DNA of 63,093 nt, counting the filler, from Octopus bimaculoides (Eukaryota): the NCBI RefSeq assembly GCF_001194135.2. It is 10 parts of 9 records of this genome, joined end to end, with 100 filler letters (N's around TTAATTAATTAA, not from the genome) between each part and the next. Parts side by side here need not be neighbours in the genome. Positions count along the whole stretch, not along the records: positions 21,391 to 40,242 come from NC_068984.1; 9 more parts are not named here. One strand, 5' to 3'. Position 1 is the stretch's first letter; each line of letters begins with the position of its first letter. Under the pieces are notes generated by a model. It saw only the letters and a program-made list of their open reading frames with translations, was not told the origin of the DNA and searched no databases. A program made the position numbers and the translations under genes. This document shows positions 24,438-37,065 of this stretch, one piece after another.

Positions 24438-25723
24438 GTGAATGCAACTAATTGCTTTTATCCCCTAAGAAATATTAGTGATCCAACAAATAAGATTAAT
24501 TAAAATATGTAAGTAAAAATTATTCTTAGAATCAAGCAAAAATTTTATCAGCTTATACCTATATGAGTATGCGAAATTGTATATATGAAATTTTGTTTAA
24601 ATATATTCGTTTTGTTACATGATTTACCCCTACATACGTCAAAGTTTGAGACGTTTTCATTTCTAAGTAATACCATGACTTATGAACCGTTTTATATATC
24701 TCTGCTTACATAAATATTAGAGATACTTGAGAAATGTGTCTGTGTAAATGGAAGCCATCTTTTAGTCATGCGCTAAGAACCTGAGTAAATCTCTTCCTGT
24801 AAAAAGAAACAATTTTCTTCTTTTTTTCAGTAAAAAAAAAACGAAAAAGAAGCCATCTTTTATATCATATACATTAACATTAAAAGTTTCACAAAATCAA
24901 AAAAAATATCTTCGTGGGAAACATTATTTTACAAAATAAATCTCCTTATACGCATAACGGTTTAACATAAAATGTCTACTTAAATTAACAATACCTACTT
25001 AAAGCTCAACTTAAATTCTCAAACACAACATGAAGTAAATTAGAAATACATCATGCTCCCTATAGATGCAGGGAAATGTAGGAATAAAAGACAAATTATA
25101 CGATGATTTTCCCAATTTTACGATTCAATCGTCCCTGGAAACATACAAATTGAGGAATTCAGTTCTTCAACAAAATTACTATTGAATTTTACTTCAAAGG
25201 TAACCGCCAAATTACCATTCTTTTATAATAACCAAACAAAGCTTAGCGTAATTCAGTGCCCCCTCCTTAATCACAATAAACAATAAAATTTGTTGATTTA
25301 TAATAAATGCTTATGCAGAGAGTATAGTTCTGTAGGAAACAGCAATGTGTTTTAAACATTTATATAAGTATCTTGCCTTCGAGACACGCTTTGAGGTTTC
25401 TATTCTGGTTGCAAGTTAGCGTTATCTTAAATGAATAAGTAACACACACACACACACGGTGGTTGTCGACTATTTAAGCAGAGTCACATACACGCACGGA
25501 CATACGTAATACATACACACACATGCATACATAAATAAATTCTGTTGTGGGGTTTGTGGGGAGGTGAGATATGTAAATACTGAGAGATTCAAAACGAAAA
25601 AGAGTACTTTGGCGCTAGATCCCGTTATAAATTACTAGATGAGTACTGCACGATTAATTACTTCGGATCTCAGAGAATCAGAATATGAAAAGAACGTCGT
25701 AATTAACACACGCATATACACCC

Positions 25724-25795
<72 letters not shown>

Positions 25796-25796
25796 G

Positions 25797-25843
<47 letters not shown>

Positions 25844-26334
25844 GAAGACGTGTGTGTGTTTGTAAATTCTGCAACGTATATGGCGTAATTTTTGTTACAG
25901 ACACCCTAGACTTCTTATTCCTATCATTCACGGATGATACTTTCTAACTAAAGCTCCAGCTTCTAACTTTTCTCATTTCAGTATTTCATTGAAATTTTCC
26001 ATCAAATCCTAAAATCTATTCCATTGATAGAATCTTCACAAAAACTCCATGACACCATGTTGATAGAAGGTGTTGGAAAATTCGTTCAACGGAGCTCAAC
26101 CAGCATTGCACATTATACTCATCCACTTATTCGGTTCACTATGGTATAATCACACGTTCTATTGTGGGCTTTACCATCTCTGATATTCCATAGGCACAAG
26201 AAACATTGTAATTTAAGTAGCTCAACATTAAACCAAGAAGCAGTAATACTGGTTTATCATCTTTAAAAATACTCAATAATTATCCTTTTCCTTCTCATTG
26301 GATGGCACCTAACAGTAGTGCAATAGAAGTTAAG

Positions 26335-26366
<32 letters not shown>

Positions 26367-26574
26367 NNNNNNNNNNNNNNNNNNNNNNNNNNNNNNNNNN
26401 NNNNNNNNNNNNNNNNNNNNNNNNNNNNNNNNNNNNNNNNNNNNNNNNNNNNNNNNNNNNNNNNNNNNNNNNNNNNNNNNNNNNNNNNNNNNNNNNNNNN
26501 NNNNNNNNNNNNNNNNNNNNNNNNNNNNNNNNNNNNNNNNNNNNNNNNNNNNNNNNNNNATATATATATATATA

Positions 26575-26920
26575 TAAGACACTGGAGGCGGGGCCTCTTC
26601 ACGTCTGGTAGCGCATTCGACCCAGAAAGTCCCTGAATAACGATTGTTTAAGGATGATGAATGGAATATGCACGTTCCGCGGTAGGGGGAGAATTATTTA
26701 AACCCCAAAGGGTTTCTCTCAAAACATTGTTATGGTGCTCCCCACTACTCCTGCTCGTGATCAGAGATGTACATATCAGCCACTCAGGGACATGCTCAAC
26801 TGAATATGTTCAAGTAACAGACAAGCCTGTGACAGTCATGCAAATCTATATTATTGAGCAGAATATGTTTTGTAGCCCATCTTTTACACCAAGGCAAGCA
26901 GAAACATATTAACACTTGGA
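26575..26920. mobile_element. Unclassified interspersed-repeat-like segment
   Basis: GC-richer non-coding block that resembles, from memory only, a cephalopod retroposon terminal sequence; single copy in window. Confidence 0.35.
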
Positions 26921-27594
26921 ATGTATATGTATATGCACGAGATACGAGATCTAAGTATAACACATTTGATTTATTTTTTAATTGTAGCATCATATTATTT
27001 ACATAATTTCTACACATGTACTATTATGTTGGGCAGTAAATTTAATCGTTTGTTCAATTCATCTGCGAACTTCCTTTTATATTTAGAAGAGCATGCATAC
27101 ATATGGAAAGCAGGGAACTTAGAAGCAGTAATTATCTCTGAAAAGTTATTACATATCAATATTATATTCGCAAAAGGGTGTTCTGCAAGCGAAATATATA
27201 CTTAAATATATAATACTGATAAAATGTATTTTGTATAATCAACTCTCATAGTATGTAAAATATATAGAATATGTAATGAAGTAATTTTCATGATGCGGAT
27301 TTGGTTTTTGTATGAGATCATATTGCGCGAGATGTGTAAACCATGATTTGGGGGCTGACTCTACGTTTAAGAGGGTAAAAATGAGTTCTCAGATGTTGTT
27401 GTCTCTCCAAGTGAGAGCCAGTTGAATGCTTTGTTTCACTGCAAACTGTACTTTGTATACATGCTCGAGATTTGTACTGCAATATTTGCTGGGAAATCCA
27501 TTTTAAGATACACCTTTTACTTGTGGACAGACAAATAGAGAGACAGACACATAAGTTGCTAAATAGATAGATAGATAGACATACATACATACAT

Positions 27595-27671
<77 letters not shown>

Positions 27672-27796
27672 CAGACATACAGACAGACAGACAGACAGAC
27701 AGACAGGCAGACAGATAGACAGACAGATAGAGAGACAGACACATAAGTTGCTAAATAGATAGATAGACAGACATACAGACAGACAGACAGACAGGC

Positions 27797-27874
<78 letters not shown>

Positions 27875-27989
27875 GTAGCTAGGTAGGTAGCTAGGTAGGT
27901 AGCTAGGTAGGTCTGCTAAACTGGGAGCGTGACTACGTGACTTCTTAAAAGATGTCAGGCAATGTCAGGCAATTGTTACTTTCTCTTGG

Positions 27990-29110
27990 GAAGTACACAT
28001 TCTGAGTGCAGTCCTCCAGGGAACTCTCCTGAAGCAATTATTGTTAATACTAGCTCTCTTAAAAATGCTCAACGTCACGCAGACAGCTGCTATCACTATA
28101 CGCAGATGATAGGAAATTATCAAAGAAAATACAGAAACTTGGCGATGCGGCAAACCTGCAGTGGGACTAAATGCAGCATAGAAGTGGGCTGAACAAATAC
28201 AACATGCATCTTAATGTTAGAAAAATTCAAGCTATCAACTCAAAAATGCACTTTAGCCAGCATATAAACGACCTAAAGACAGAGAGAGAATTGGACATCA
28301 GTCTGAATAATGATCTCGCACTTCATGTGCACATTTTGTTCTTGTTTGTTCCTTCTAGAGCCATGCCCGGGTCATAAGGGTTTCCCGGTTTCAATGGCAT
28401 ATAGGTTCTCCACCTGGACGGGATGCCGGTCTGTTACAGGTGAGCTGCTAGATGCAGGAAGAAAGAAAGAAAGTTGTGGCGAAACATTCAACAACATTTC
28501 GCCACTACCTTCTGTCGGGGCCTCATAGAGCTTAGGTGTTTCGCTCATAGACACACACATCGCCCGGTCTGAGATTCGAATCCACGATCCTTCGACCGCG
28601 AGTCCGCTATCTAACCACTAGGCCATGTGCTTCTACTCATGCGCACATTACGAAAGTAAAATGGTAACAAAATGGTAGGATGGAGATTAAGTTCACTCCG
28701 AACAATAGAACATGAAGTTTTGTTGACCCTGTGGAAGACCTTTGTCCTCATCCACTGAACAACTGCTCTCTTAAAACTGCTTAGTGTCAAATTAAGAGCA
28801 GTGTTTGCAGTAATTCAATGCTACTACACTAAAAAGATTGCAACAGTTCAGTATACGGACTACCGGGTAAGGATAAAAATCAAAGACTTTACTCCCTGGA
28901 ACGAAGACGCGAGAAATCTACGATGACGATGGAAAATCCTGCTAGTACTGCTGCCGAACATTGTCATCAAAAGTTATACTAACACCCACGTTGAACACCA
29001 TTAAGTAGTACCAAAGATACTGTCCACGCCTTCCAAAATGAAGACCAGGTGCTGTAATTGCATGAGGTTCAAAGGCCCACGGATCTCAAATGCATTGCCA
29101 AAAGAATTAA
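27990..29110 (+). mobile_element. Decayed CR1/L2-type LINE ORF2 (RT C-terminal half), interrupted by a SINE
   Basis: LSAVLQGTLL, SLYADDRKL (YADD), ANLQWD, NMHLNVRK, VLLTLWKTFVL, LYSLERRRE, KGPRISNALPKELRNL across frameshifts. Confidence 0.8.
28336..28636 (-). mobile_element. tRNA-derived SINE (family E) with 13-bp target-site duplication
   Basis: RC head tggcctagtggttagatagcggactcgcggtcgaaggatcgtggattcgaatc; TSD tcatgtgcacatt (28323-28335) / tcatgcgcacatt (28637-28649). Confidence 0.85.
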
Positions 29111-29139
29111 GAAACCTACGTATGTAAACAACAAACAGA

Positions 29140-29260
29140 TGTATTAGTTTAACGCTCGGGAAGGTTAGATAGTCTTTTACATTTCGAGTCTACGCTCTTC
29201 AGCAGAAAGGAACAAGAGGAAATAAACAGAGAGAATAAAAGAAAAGAAAGCTTTAGTAGC
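29140..29260 (-). mobile_element. Fragment of the hammerhead-bearing repeat family also at 47172-47420
   Basis: RC cttt-CTGCTGA-a-gagcgtagactc-GAAA-tg-TA-aaag (29174-29208) followed by cttcccgagcgttaa as in the 47 kb copy. Confidence 0.65.
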
Positions 29261-29556
29261 TCGCGGTCAATATACATACATACATACGTACATACATGCA
29301 TACATACATACATGAAGCTGTTCCTGAAAAGAAGAAACAAAATATCGTCAAATTTAACATATTTAGCCCGAACACGTACGTATGTATGTATGTATGTATG
29401 TATGTATGTATGTATGTATGTATGTATGTATGCATGTATGAATGTATGTATGTATGTACGTACGTATGTAGGTATGTATGTATGTATGTATGTACGTACG
29501 TATGTATGTATGTATGTATGTATGTATTTATGTGTGTATGCAAGTATGTATGTATA

Positions 29557-30395
29557 CAGCATGTTTTGGGCTAAATTTGACGATATTTTATGTCCCCTTT
29601 TTCAGAAAAAGGTTCATGTATTCGTGAACTGCCAATGGCGTGGCAGAGTATTAAGATTGTATATGCTGTTGAGGGAAGTTAACTAACATGGAAGATTGGA
29701 AGCCCACTGAATACTGGAAAACAGTTACGTGAGTCATGATGATTCGCACCAGTTCACAAAATGCGGCATCAAGACTGTGAACACTGCAAAGGCTGTAAGA
29801 TGAGACATGGACATCTGCAACGGAGACTGCAAGCGATCAACAGGGTGTTTTTTATGTACTTCCATTAAGAGTGATATCATGCCACGACACATAGTTAAAC
29901 AGGGCCATAGGCGCAGCTCACATGGTTTATTGTGAAACTGCTGGAGACCATGGACAAACTCTGGCTGGAGAGGATTGCTACTAGAAGACCATATAAGTGG
30001 CTACAGTATTTGGCATCTGGAAAGTGTTAAATGTGTTATCGGAGAATTTCTACGATTTCACCAGCGCCAGTTTCTGGCCTCTGTCGTCCCATGAGTTACT
30101 ATATGCGTGACACGAGTGAGAAAGACCCTGAATACTTTGCCTGTAACAAGACCAAGTTGGTGACCAAAAGCAATAAAGTGCTCGGCGATCGTCCCAGGGT
30201 CGGTGTGTAACGCATGCGCCACGTTACAGAGCCTCCTCAAGGTCGTGGTGAAAGGTGATATTGGCTAGGTTACGAAAACTGTTATCTCCTAGCCATAATC
30301 ATAAATTTAGATTATTATTATATATACATTTTAATTTTGGATACAATATTCTGTCTTTTTCCCTTCTATGCAAATTTGAACCCGAACACCCTCTG
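29557..30395 (+). mobile_element. Internally deleted IS630-Tc1-mariner (maT/mariner-like) transposon
   Basis: TA then TIR cagcatgttttgggctaaatttgac; relics VKLLET..LWLERIA.RRPY.W, LSENFYDFTSASFWP, CNACATLQSLLKVVVKGDIG*; right TIR aaatttgaacccgaacaccctctg. Confidence 0.8.
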
Positions 30396-31959
30396 TGTGT
30401 ATATATATATATGTGTTTATATATATATATATATATATATATATNNNNNNNNNNCGTCCCAGGGTCGGTGTGTAACGCATGCGCCACGTTACAGAGCCTC
30501 CTCAAGGTCGTGGTGAAAGGTGATATTGGCTAGGTTACGAAAACTGTTATCTCCTAGCCATAATCATAAATTTAGATTATTATTATATATACATTTTAAT
30601 TTTGGATACAATATTCTGTCTTTTTCCCTTCTATGCAAATTTGAACCCGAACACCCTCTGTGTGTATATATATATATACATATGTAGTTACATAGGAAAT
30701 GTATCCCCCACCTATAATTTTGGCATTTCGATTCTTTTACTCTCCTCCGCTCACCACAATGTATACACACACATATCCATTTGCATGTGTGTGTACGTGT
30801 GTATATGCGCGCGAGTGTGTGTGTATGCATGCAAAAACCGTAAATTTCAATTTTAAAACCATTATTATAAGGGCGTCTATATTCCTAATGCATCCCAAAT
30901 TCCTATTAAATATTTTGACATTATTTATGGAAAAGAATTTTCATTTTTGTTTTATTTCTTTATCAATAAATTATGACATGGGAAAATTAGATCCAACTTT
31001 TATTTAGAAGTTGTATTATTAAACATATATAAATATACAGATAACCGAATATGATCTTATGTATCTGTTTGGTTATATATTGGATTGTCACATAAGTTCC
31101 TTCGTTTTCTCCCCACATCAAACTTCGTTCTTCCCAATGTTATTAGAATTAACACGAAAATTCATTTATCGTTTTACATTTATTGCTTATTTTTAGGGTT
31201 ATTGTTCAAACTCTGCCAACGTCAAATTCTCTCAACTTATAGCGATCACTAAAATAAACACCATTACAGTATTGGTAGATCAAGCAGGGTAAACTAGCAC
31301 TTAGTTACTCTCAGAATGTTGTAGGCAGTGACTAGAGGTTATTGACAAAGTGCAACGAAACAGAAATGTATCGGGATTCCACGCTATCCGCTGCTGGGAG
31401 GACGTTCGCCTGCCCTTAATATATATATAAAATCTTTAAACACGGTGCGTCCGTAGTTGATATCGCCGTGTGAATACTGCAGCAGAAAAAGGATTACTGA
31501 AATTATTTAGCATCGACAGTAAAGACAGACAGTTTGAAATAAGCAAAATAATATGTAAGAAAAAAAATATTAATTTCACAGAATAATTAAGAGAAATATA
31601 TACAGTAAATGAATAAATTGTGAAGATGAACAAACGAACAGTATATAGAGAAAAGTTCAGCACAAAGAAGAAGAAATGTATTAAAAATATACCGTAATAG
31701 AAGATGTGCAAATGAGAGAAAGAAGAAAAGGAAACACAAAGATGTAAGCAAAAAATATTTCAGAAAATATAATTAAATCTACGTAGAAAGTTGTTTGGTA
31801 ATAGCTAAAGTATAGGTTAGTTTTCGATAATGGAGTTTGAAATGTAGGAATGCACGACAACTTTGGATAAGGTTCGTTATGTGTCAGCCCAATCAGTATC
31901 TCTTTTTATGAATCCGGTAACTTTTATTTATCGGATGTTTCCAAAACATGCTTACACAT

Positions 31960-32124
31960 GATCATATGTACAGATTGGCGGTGTGGTAAGTAGCTTGCCA
32001 CCTCACCACGTGGTTCCGGGTAGTGGAATCTTGGTGGGGTGTTTTCTTACTATATTCTCGGGCCGACCAAACTTTTGTAAGTAGACTTGCTAGAAAAAAA
32101 TGAAAAAAAGCCCGCCGTGTGCGT

Positions 32125-32161
<37 letters not shown>

Positions 32162-32170
32162 AAGACAGAC

Positions 32171-32203
<33 letters not shown>

Positions 32204-32650
32204 CTTTTCTACTGAAGGCACAAGGCCCGAATTTTGGGGGATGGGGGCCAGACAATTAGATGGACGCCAGTATGCAATTGGTACTTAATTTATCGACCGC
32301 GAAAGGATGCAAGTCAAAGTCGACCTCGGCGGAATTTGAACTCAGAGCATAACGACAGATGAAACACCCCTAAGCATTTCGCCCGGCAAGCTAACGTTTC
32401 TGCCAGCTTGCGCCTTAGATAGATATAAATAAAGATATGAGCGCGTGTGTGCATGACTGTGGTTGCCCCCACCGCCACCTGACAAGTGGTGCTGGTTTGT
32501 TTTTACGTCCCCGTAACGTAGCGATTTGGCAAAAGAGTCGAATAAAATAAGTACGAATCTTTACAAAAGAAAGTACTGGGTTGCTTTGTTCAAGGCAGTG
32601 CTGCAGGTTGGCCGCAGTCTAATGACAAGTAAAAGATAATGAAATAAAAG
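31960..32650 (+). mobile_element. Composite SINE AB with a family C SINE (32205-32415, minus strand) nested in its central microsatellite
   Basis: Head 31975-32120, (GACA/GATA)n, family C copy, tail 32460-32650. Confidence 0.8.
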
Positions 32651-33909
32651 TTATATATAGATATATATATATATATATATGACAGCCTTAACTTACGAAT
32701 CAAACATATTGTCACCAAACCCTAAAGAACGGACGCAGCGGGGCACTTACAAAACTGTTTAAGCGCAAGGTCGTGACCATCCTCTGCCAACCAAATCGTA
32801 TTCAAGACAGATGCTAATCTGAGCCTGTTCCTCTCTATTAAAACAAATGGATTTTGGAACTCATGTTCTTTCTATCTCATCTCTTTTGGAACTACACGTC
32901 TTTTTATCTCAACTATTGAAAATGAGAGAAATCTGTGAAACCAGTTATCTTTGAATATTCAACGGTAAAAATCGAAAGGAATTTCAACGCATTTTCAACT
33001 GCTTTTGCGTGTGTGAGTGTGCGTGTTTGTGTGTGTGTACTTTTAGTAAATAATGCACAAGCACATATCTATATATTAATGCAATTGTACGTTCCTACCT
33101 ATCAACCTAACGAGTTGCCCTTTCTGTCAGGCTCCAGAAATTTTATTCGAGAAGTAGAAGGAAATATCTTATTTAACAGAAAGTTTACATCTATATGAAA
33201 GGAAAACGGTTCTTTCATTTAAATGAAATATCTAATTCAGAATATTATTTCGTTCACAAAAAAAAATAGAGTCAGCCATGATAGATATGAAGACGAAGGA
33301 ATGGATTTGCCACTGAAAAATACCTTTATATTATTAGAGGGAAATTTTTTCTTTGTTTTTTGTTCATTATGTTCTCATGGTTACTTGAATTTAACAGTCG
33401 GTGGTTGATGAAGAAAATAAATATGAAACCCGTTTCATTGGCGTTACGCGTATGTCACGAATGAACATATTTGGGTTGGTACGCTATTCAATGAACACGA
33501 AGCTTTCGTGTTACTTTTATTAGCGAAGGATGAAAGGCAAAGTCGATGAAAGGCGGAATTTGAACTCAGAACGTAAAGACAGATAAAATACCCCTAAGCA
33601 TTTCGCCCGGGGGGGGGGGGTTGTAATAATTACATATAATGGCCCATACATACATACATATTTTCTTACATGTGTGCATATATATATATTATTATTAGTA
33701 GTAGTAGTAGTAATAATATGACAACAAAAGAAAGTATGAGACCTCGATATGATGTAAATAGAGGAATTTATCTGTAATATATGTGACAATTATTCGCTGC
33801 CATAAGAAAACTCCGAGTTTCGGATGTCCGAGCGGAAATCTGCTCCGGCATCTCGTTAGTTATTAAGACAAACAAAAATGCAATGAAAGTAACCGTGAAA
33901 ATTTCTGTA

Positions 33910-33943
<34 letters not shown>

Positions 33944-34450
33944 GGGGGGGGTGTAGTTGTTTCAGCATATATATATGTATGTATTTGTATATGTATATAA
34001 AGTATAGTACAAGAATGTGCAATGAAGAAGCTGTAATCCAAATCACATTTGTCTCAGTGCATTAGTGTCTGTTTCTCCATATTATGCATCTTATTTTATA
34101 TATATTATGTAAATGTGCCTTGTAATCCCTTACCCTCGTGAGAATGACTTTAAGAACAATGTCCATTCCATCGTCTTGTATTAAAAACTCTTTTGTATCC
34201 GTTCTAAGTACAGTAACGGATTTCCAAATGTATATCCAGTACAAAGCGTATCCCTTCTGTATGATAGCATATGGTAGCCTACAACTATAGAGGAGATTTG
34301 AAATGCATCTTATAAGATTATTACCCAGATTATATTAAATATATGTGTATATGATCGTGAGAGTGGGTGTATTTATTTTTTCATCTATACTTTTGGGGGC
34401 TTTGGTGTTTAGAGGTATATTTGGTTACATACATACACACCTAAGTGAGC

Positions 34451-34496
<46 letters not shown>

Positions 34497-35464
34497 GTAC
34501 ATATATATTTAAATGAATATTGTGTCAGTCGTATCACCTCCCCCACCCTTTTACCACAACCGATACTCTTAAGTTCATTTCGGCATTCTTAACTCTAGCT
34601 GCATTACTGCACAAGCCTGGAGACAATATCAGTGAATTAAATGGGCAAGAGTTCAATACTAATCTTTGTGGACCCCGGAAGAATTACAGTTAATGTTGAC
34701 CAAGGCGGGATTTGAACTATGTATGTAATGATTTAAGTACTAAATGTTCTATGTATTACAAATTTATGCCTATCCACCACACCTGGCTTCACGTTTTATA
34801 GGAAGTTGATGTCATCAGTGAACACTACTACATACCCTTAAGCGTTGCAGGGTAGACGCGGAAAACATTTTATTGCATAGAATTATACTCAATTCTCAAA
34901 CCACATCCTCTTTGGCTACTGCGATTTCGTCCATATGCTTTTCAATAAAGCGAATTATGTGATTGTTATATATTCTTCAATGCGTTGTGAAGGGATATTC
35001 TACTCTAGAATTCTGCTCTACTACACTTTCGAGTGTAAGAAAGAGGAACACGTAATTTATAATTTTAGATTTGTTACAAGTGTATGACCTTTTCGCATTG
35101 TAATTAGAGGGATATGATTCGTATTTGAAGGCACACAGCAAGGCACTAGAATCATTTGCTTAGTGTTAAACACAAACAACCCACATTTTGATCGGAGTTA
35201 ATATGCTACTGTAATTGAAGTTTACTTTCCATAAAGTCTGAGCCGATTAATTAAAAGCCGAAACTTTAATCAGATAAATTTAGTTGTCTAAACTTCTGTA
35301 CGCATTTGTAGTCATCCGCAATATTTACAAATCAATATTATTTCATTTTATTACCAATATCATTTTGCAATTCGATAAGCAGTCAATAAACTATTAATAT
35401 ACGTAACTATTATTACTGCCTCACTGATTTAATGCTGTGAATTGTTAAAAGTAGTTTAATAACC

Positions 35465-35852
35465 ATGGTAGAACGTCTGATCATTCTGATCGTTTTGTTT
35501 TACTGCAATGGTTTCAATTCGTACGTTTACAAAAGTAATATGGAGTAGAGGAAACAGAAGTGTAGCCATGTAGCACGTAACACGATAGGGTTAATTCTGG
35601 TTAATTCTATGTAAGACTATATGCTCCAGTCATTCTCTTAGATAAATATAGTTTGAACAATTCTGAAGTGAATAAGAGTGTTTAAGAATGGATATCTGAC
35701 GAGATAGGAAATTTACTGATATTATCTTCAAGAACAATTTTCGAAGAATTGCAGAACAGGTCTATCATATCAAATCCTATTTTCATTTAATTTTATATAT
35801 CACTAATCTAATTTGTGTTTTCAGGATATACCACGTTCTTACTACATTGAAG
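35465..35852 (+). CDS. Candidate micro-exon gene for a small secreted protein (exons 35465-35534, 35642-35667, 35733-35759, 35825-35852; incomplete)
   Basis: accATGg start, hydrophobic MVERLIILIVLFYCNG, GT-AG introns of 107, 65 and 65 nt keep one open frame; last exon has cactaat branch, ttttcag acceptor and AAG/GTGAGT donor. No homology recognised. Confidence 0.35.
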
Positions 35853-36864
35853 GTGAGTGAAACCTAACGATGTCAAAACTGTAGACTCTTTTGGTCACTA
35901 ATTTTCGTAGTTGTGGCCATAATAAATTTTGTTTAGAAAAACTCTAGAAACATATTCTTTTGCAGACTTAAATAATTAAGACGCCCAAATGGTTTGTTAG
36001 AGGATTTCTTCTTTCTCAAAATGACTAAATTTCCATCATTAGAAAATTCAACTTGTATATTAATAGATGTATAAACAATCTAACTCAAAATACGATTTCC
36101 TCCCCAAAAATGAATCGGCGACTACAAATATAGTTTTAAACTGAATAGTTAGCCAATTATCTATAGATAAGATCAGGAACACAAACGTACATTTGATTTA
36201 GCGATAAAGTCTACTCGCGAATATTTTTAATTGCTAATTTACCGCGTTTCTCTGGATTTATTGGTATCACACAAACCTAGACACAATTATGATACATTTC
36301 TTACTGTAAATGGTGAGCGCTAACATCTCTTAAGATATCTTTCGACAACCTTACGTTCATAACACTACCCAAGCTGCGTCACAATTCCTCTCTTCAAAAT
36401 CCTTAAAATTCTTCATCCATGATATGATAATTGGGGCATCCTTTACAACAGTAATATAAATTTGGCATTCGAACACTAAGATATGTAAACCCATCCCAAA
36501 AATTGATGATTCAACTGGTTGATAATGATTCATTAAATAACACACTGTAGTCTATATTTCACATTCTTTCTATTTTTATCCACTTTATCCGTTATTACAA
36601 CATATCTCCTTTTCAAGTAGATATTAGAACCGTTTAAGCTACGTTCTATTTTCCGATATATTTCTGCTCCTCCCGTTAACCCTATAATACGTCAACTTCC
36701 AAATCCTACGCAAAAACTTCTCGTGAATCTTTTTTCGCTGAACTACATCAATAAAGGCCAGATCGTTTACTTTATTTTTCGTGAGGGACTCACTTACAGA
36801 GATTCAAAGTCATCAGCAAATGCAGCCCTCCAAGTAATCTCAGAAATATTAATTGTAAATTTTG

Positions 36865-37065
36865 ACACAAGGCCAGCAATTTTAGGGGAGGGATTAAATC
36901 GATTACATCGACTCCAGTGTCCAATTGATACTTATTTTATCTACCCCGAAAGGATGAAAGGCAAAGTCGACCTCGGCGGAATTTGAACTCCGAACATAAA
37001 TGAAGACGAAATGCGCTAAGCATTTAACCCGGTGTGTGCTAACAATTCTACCAGTTCGCCCCCTT
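36865..37065 (-). mobile_element. tRNA-derived SINE, family C
   Basis: ccccgaaaggatgaaaggcaaagtcgacctcggcggaatttgaactc. Confidence 0.85.

Noticed and set aside
30190-30680. Exact ~240-bp tandem duplication of the mariner 3' end
   Set aside because: Copies are identical and flank a 10-N gap: unmerged overlapping contig ends.
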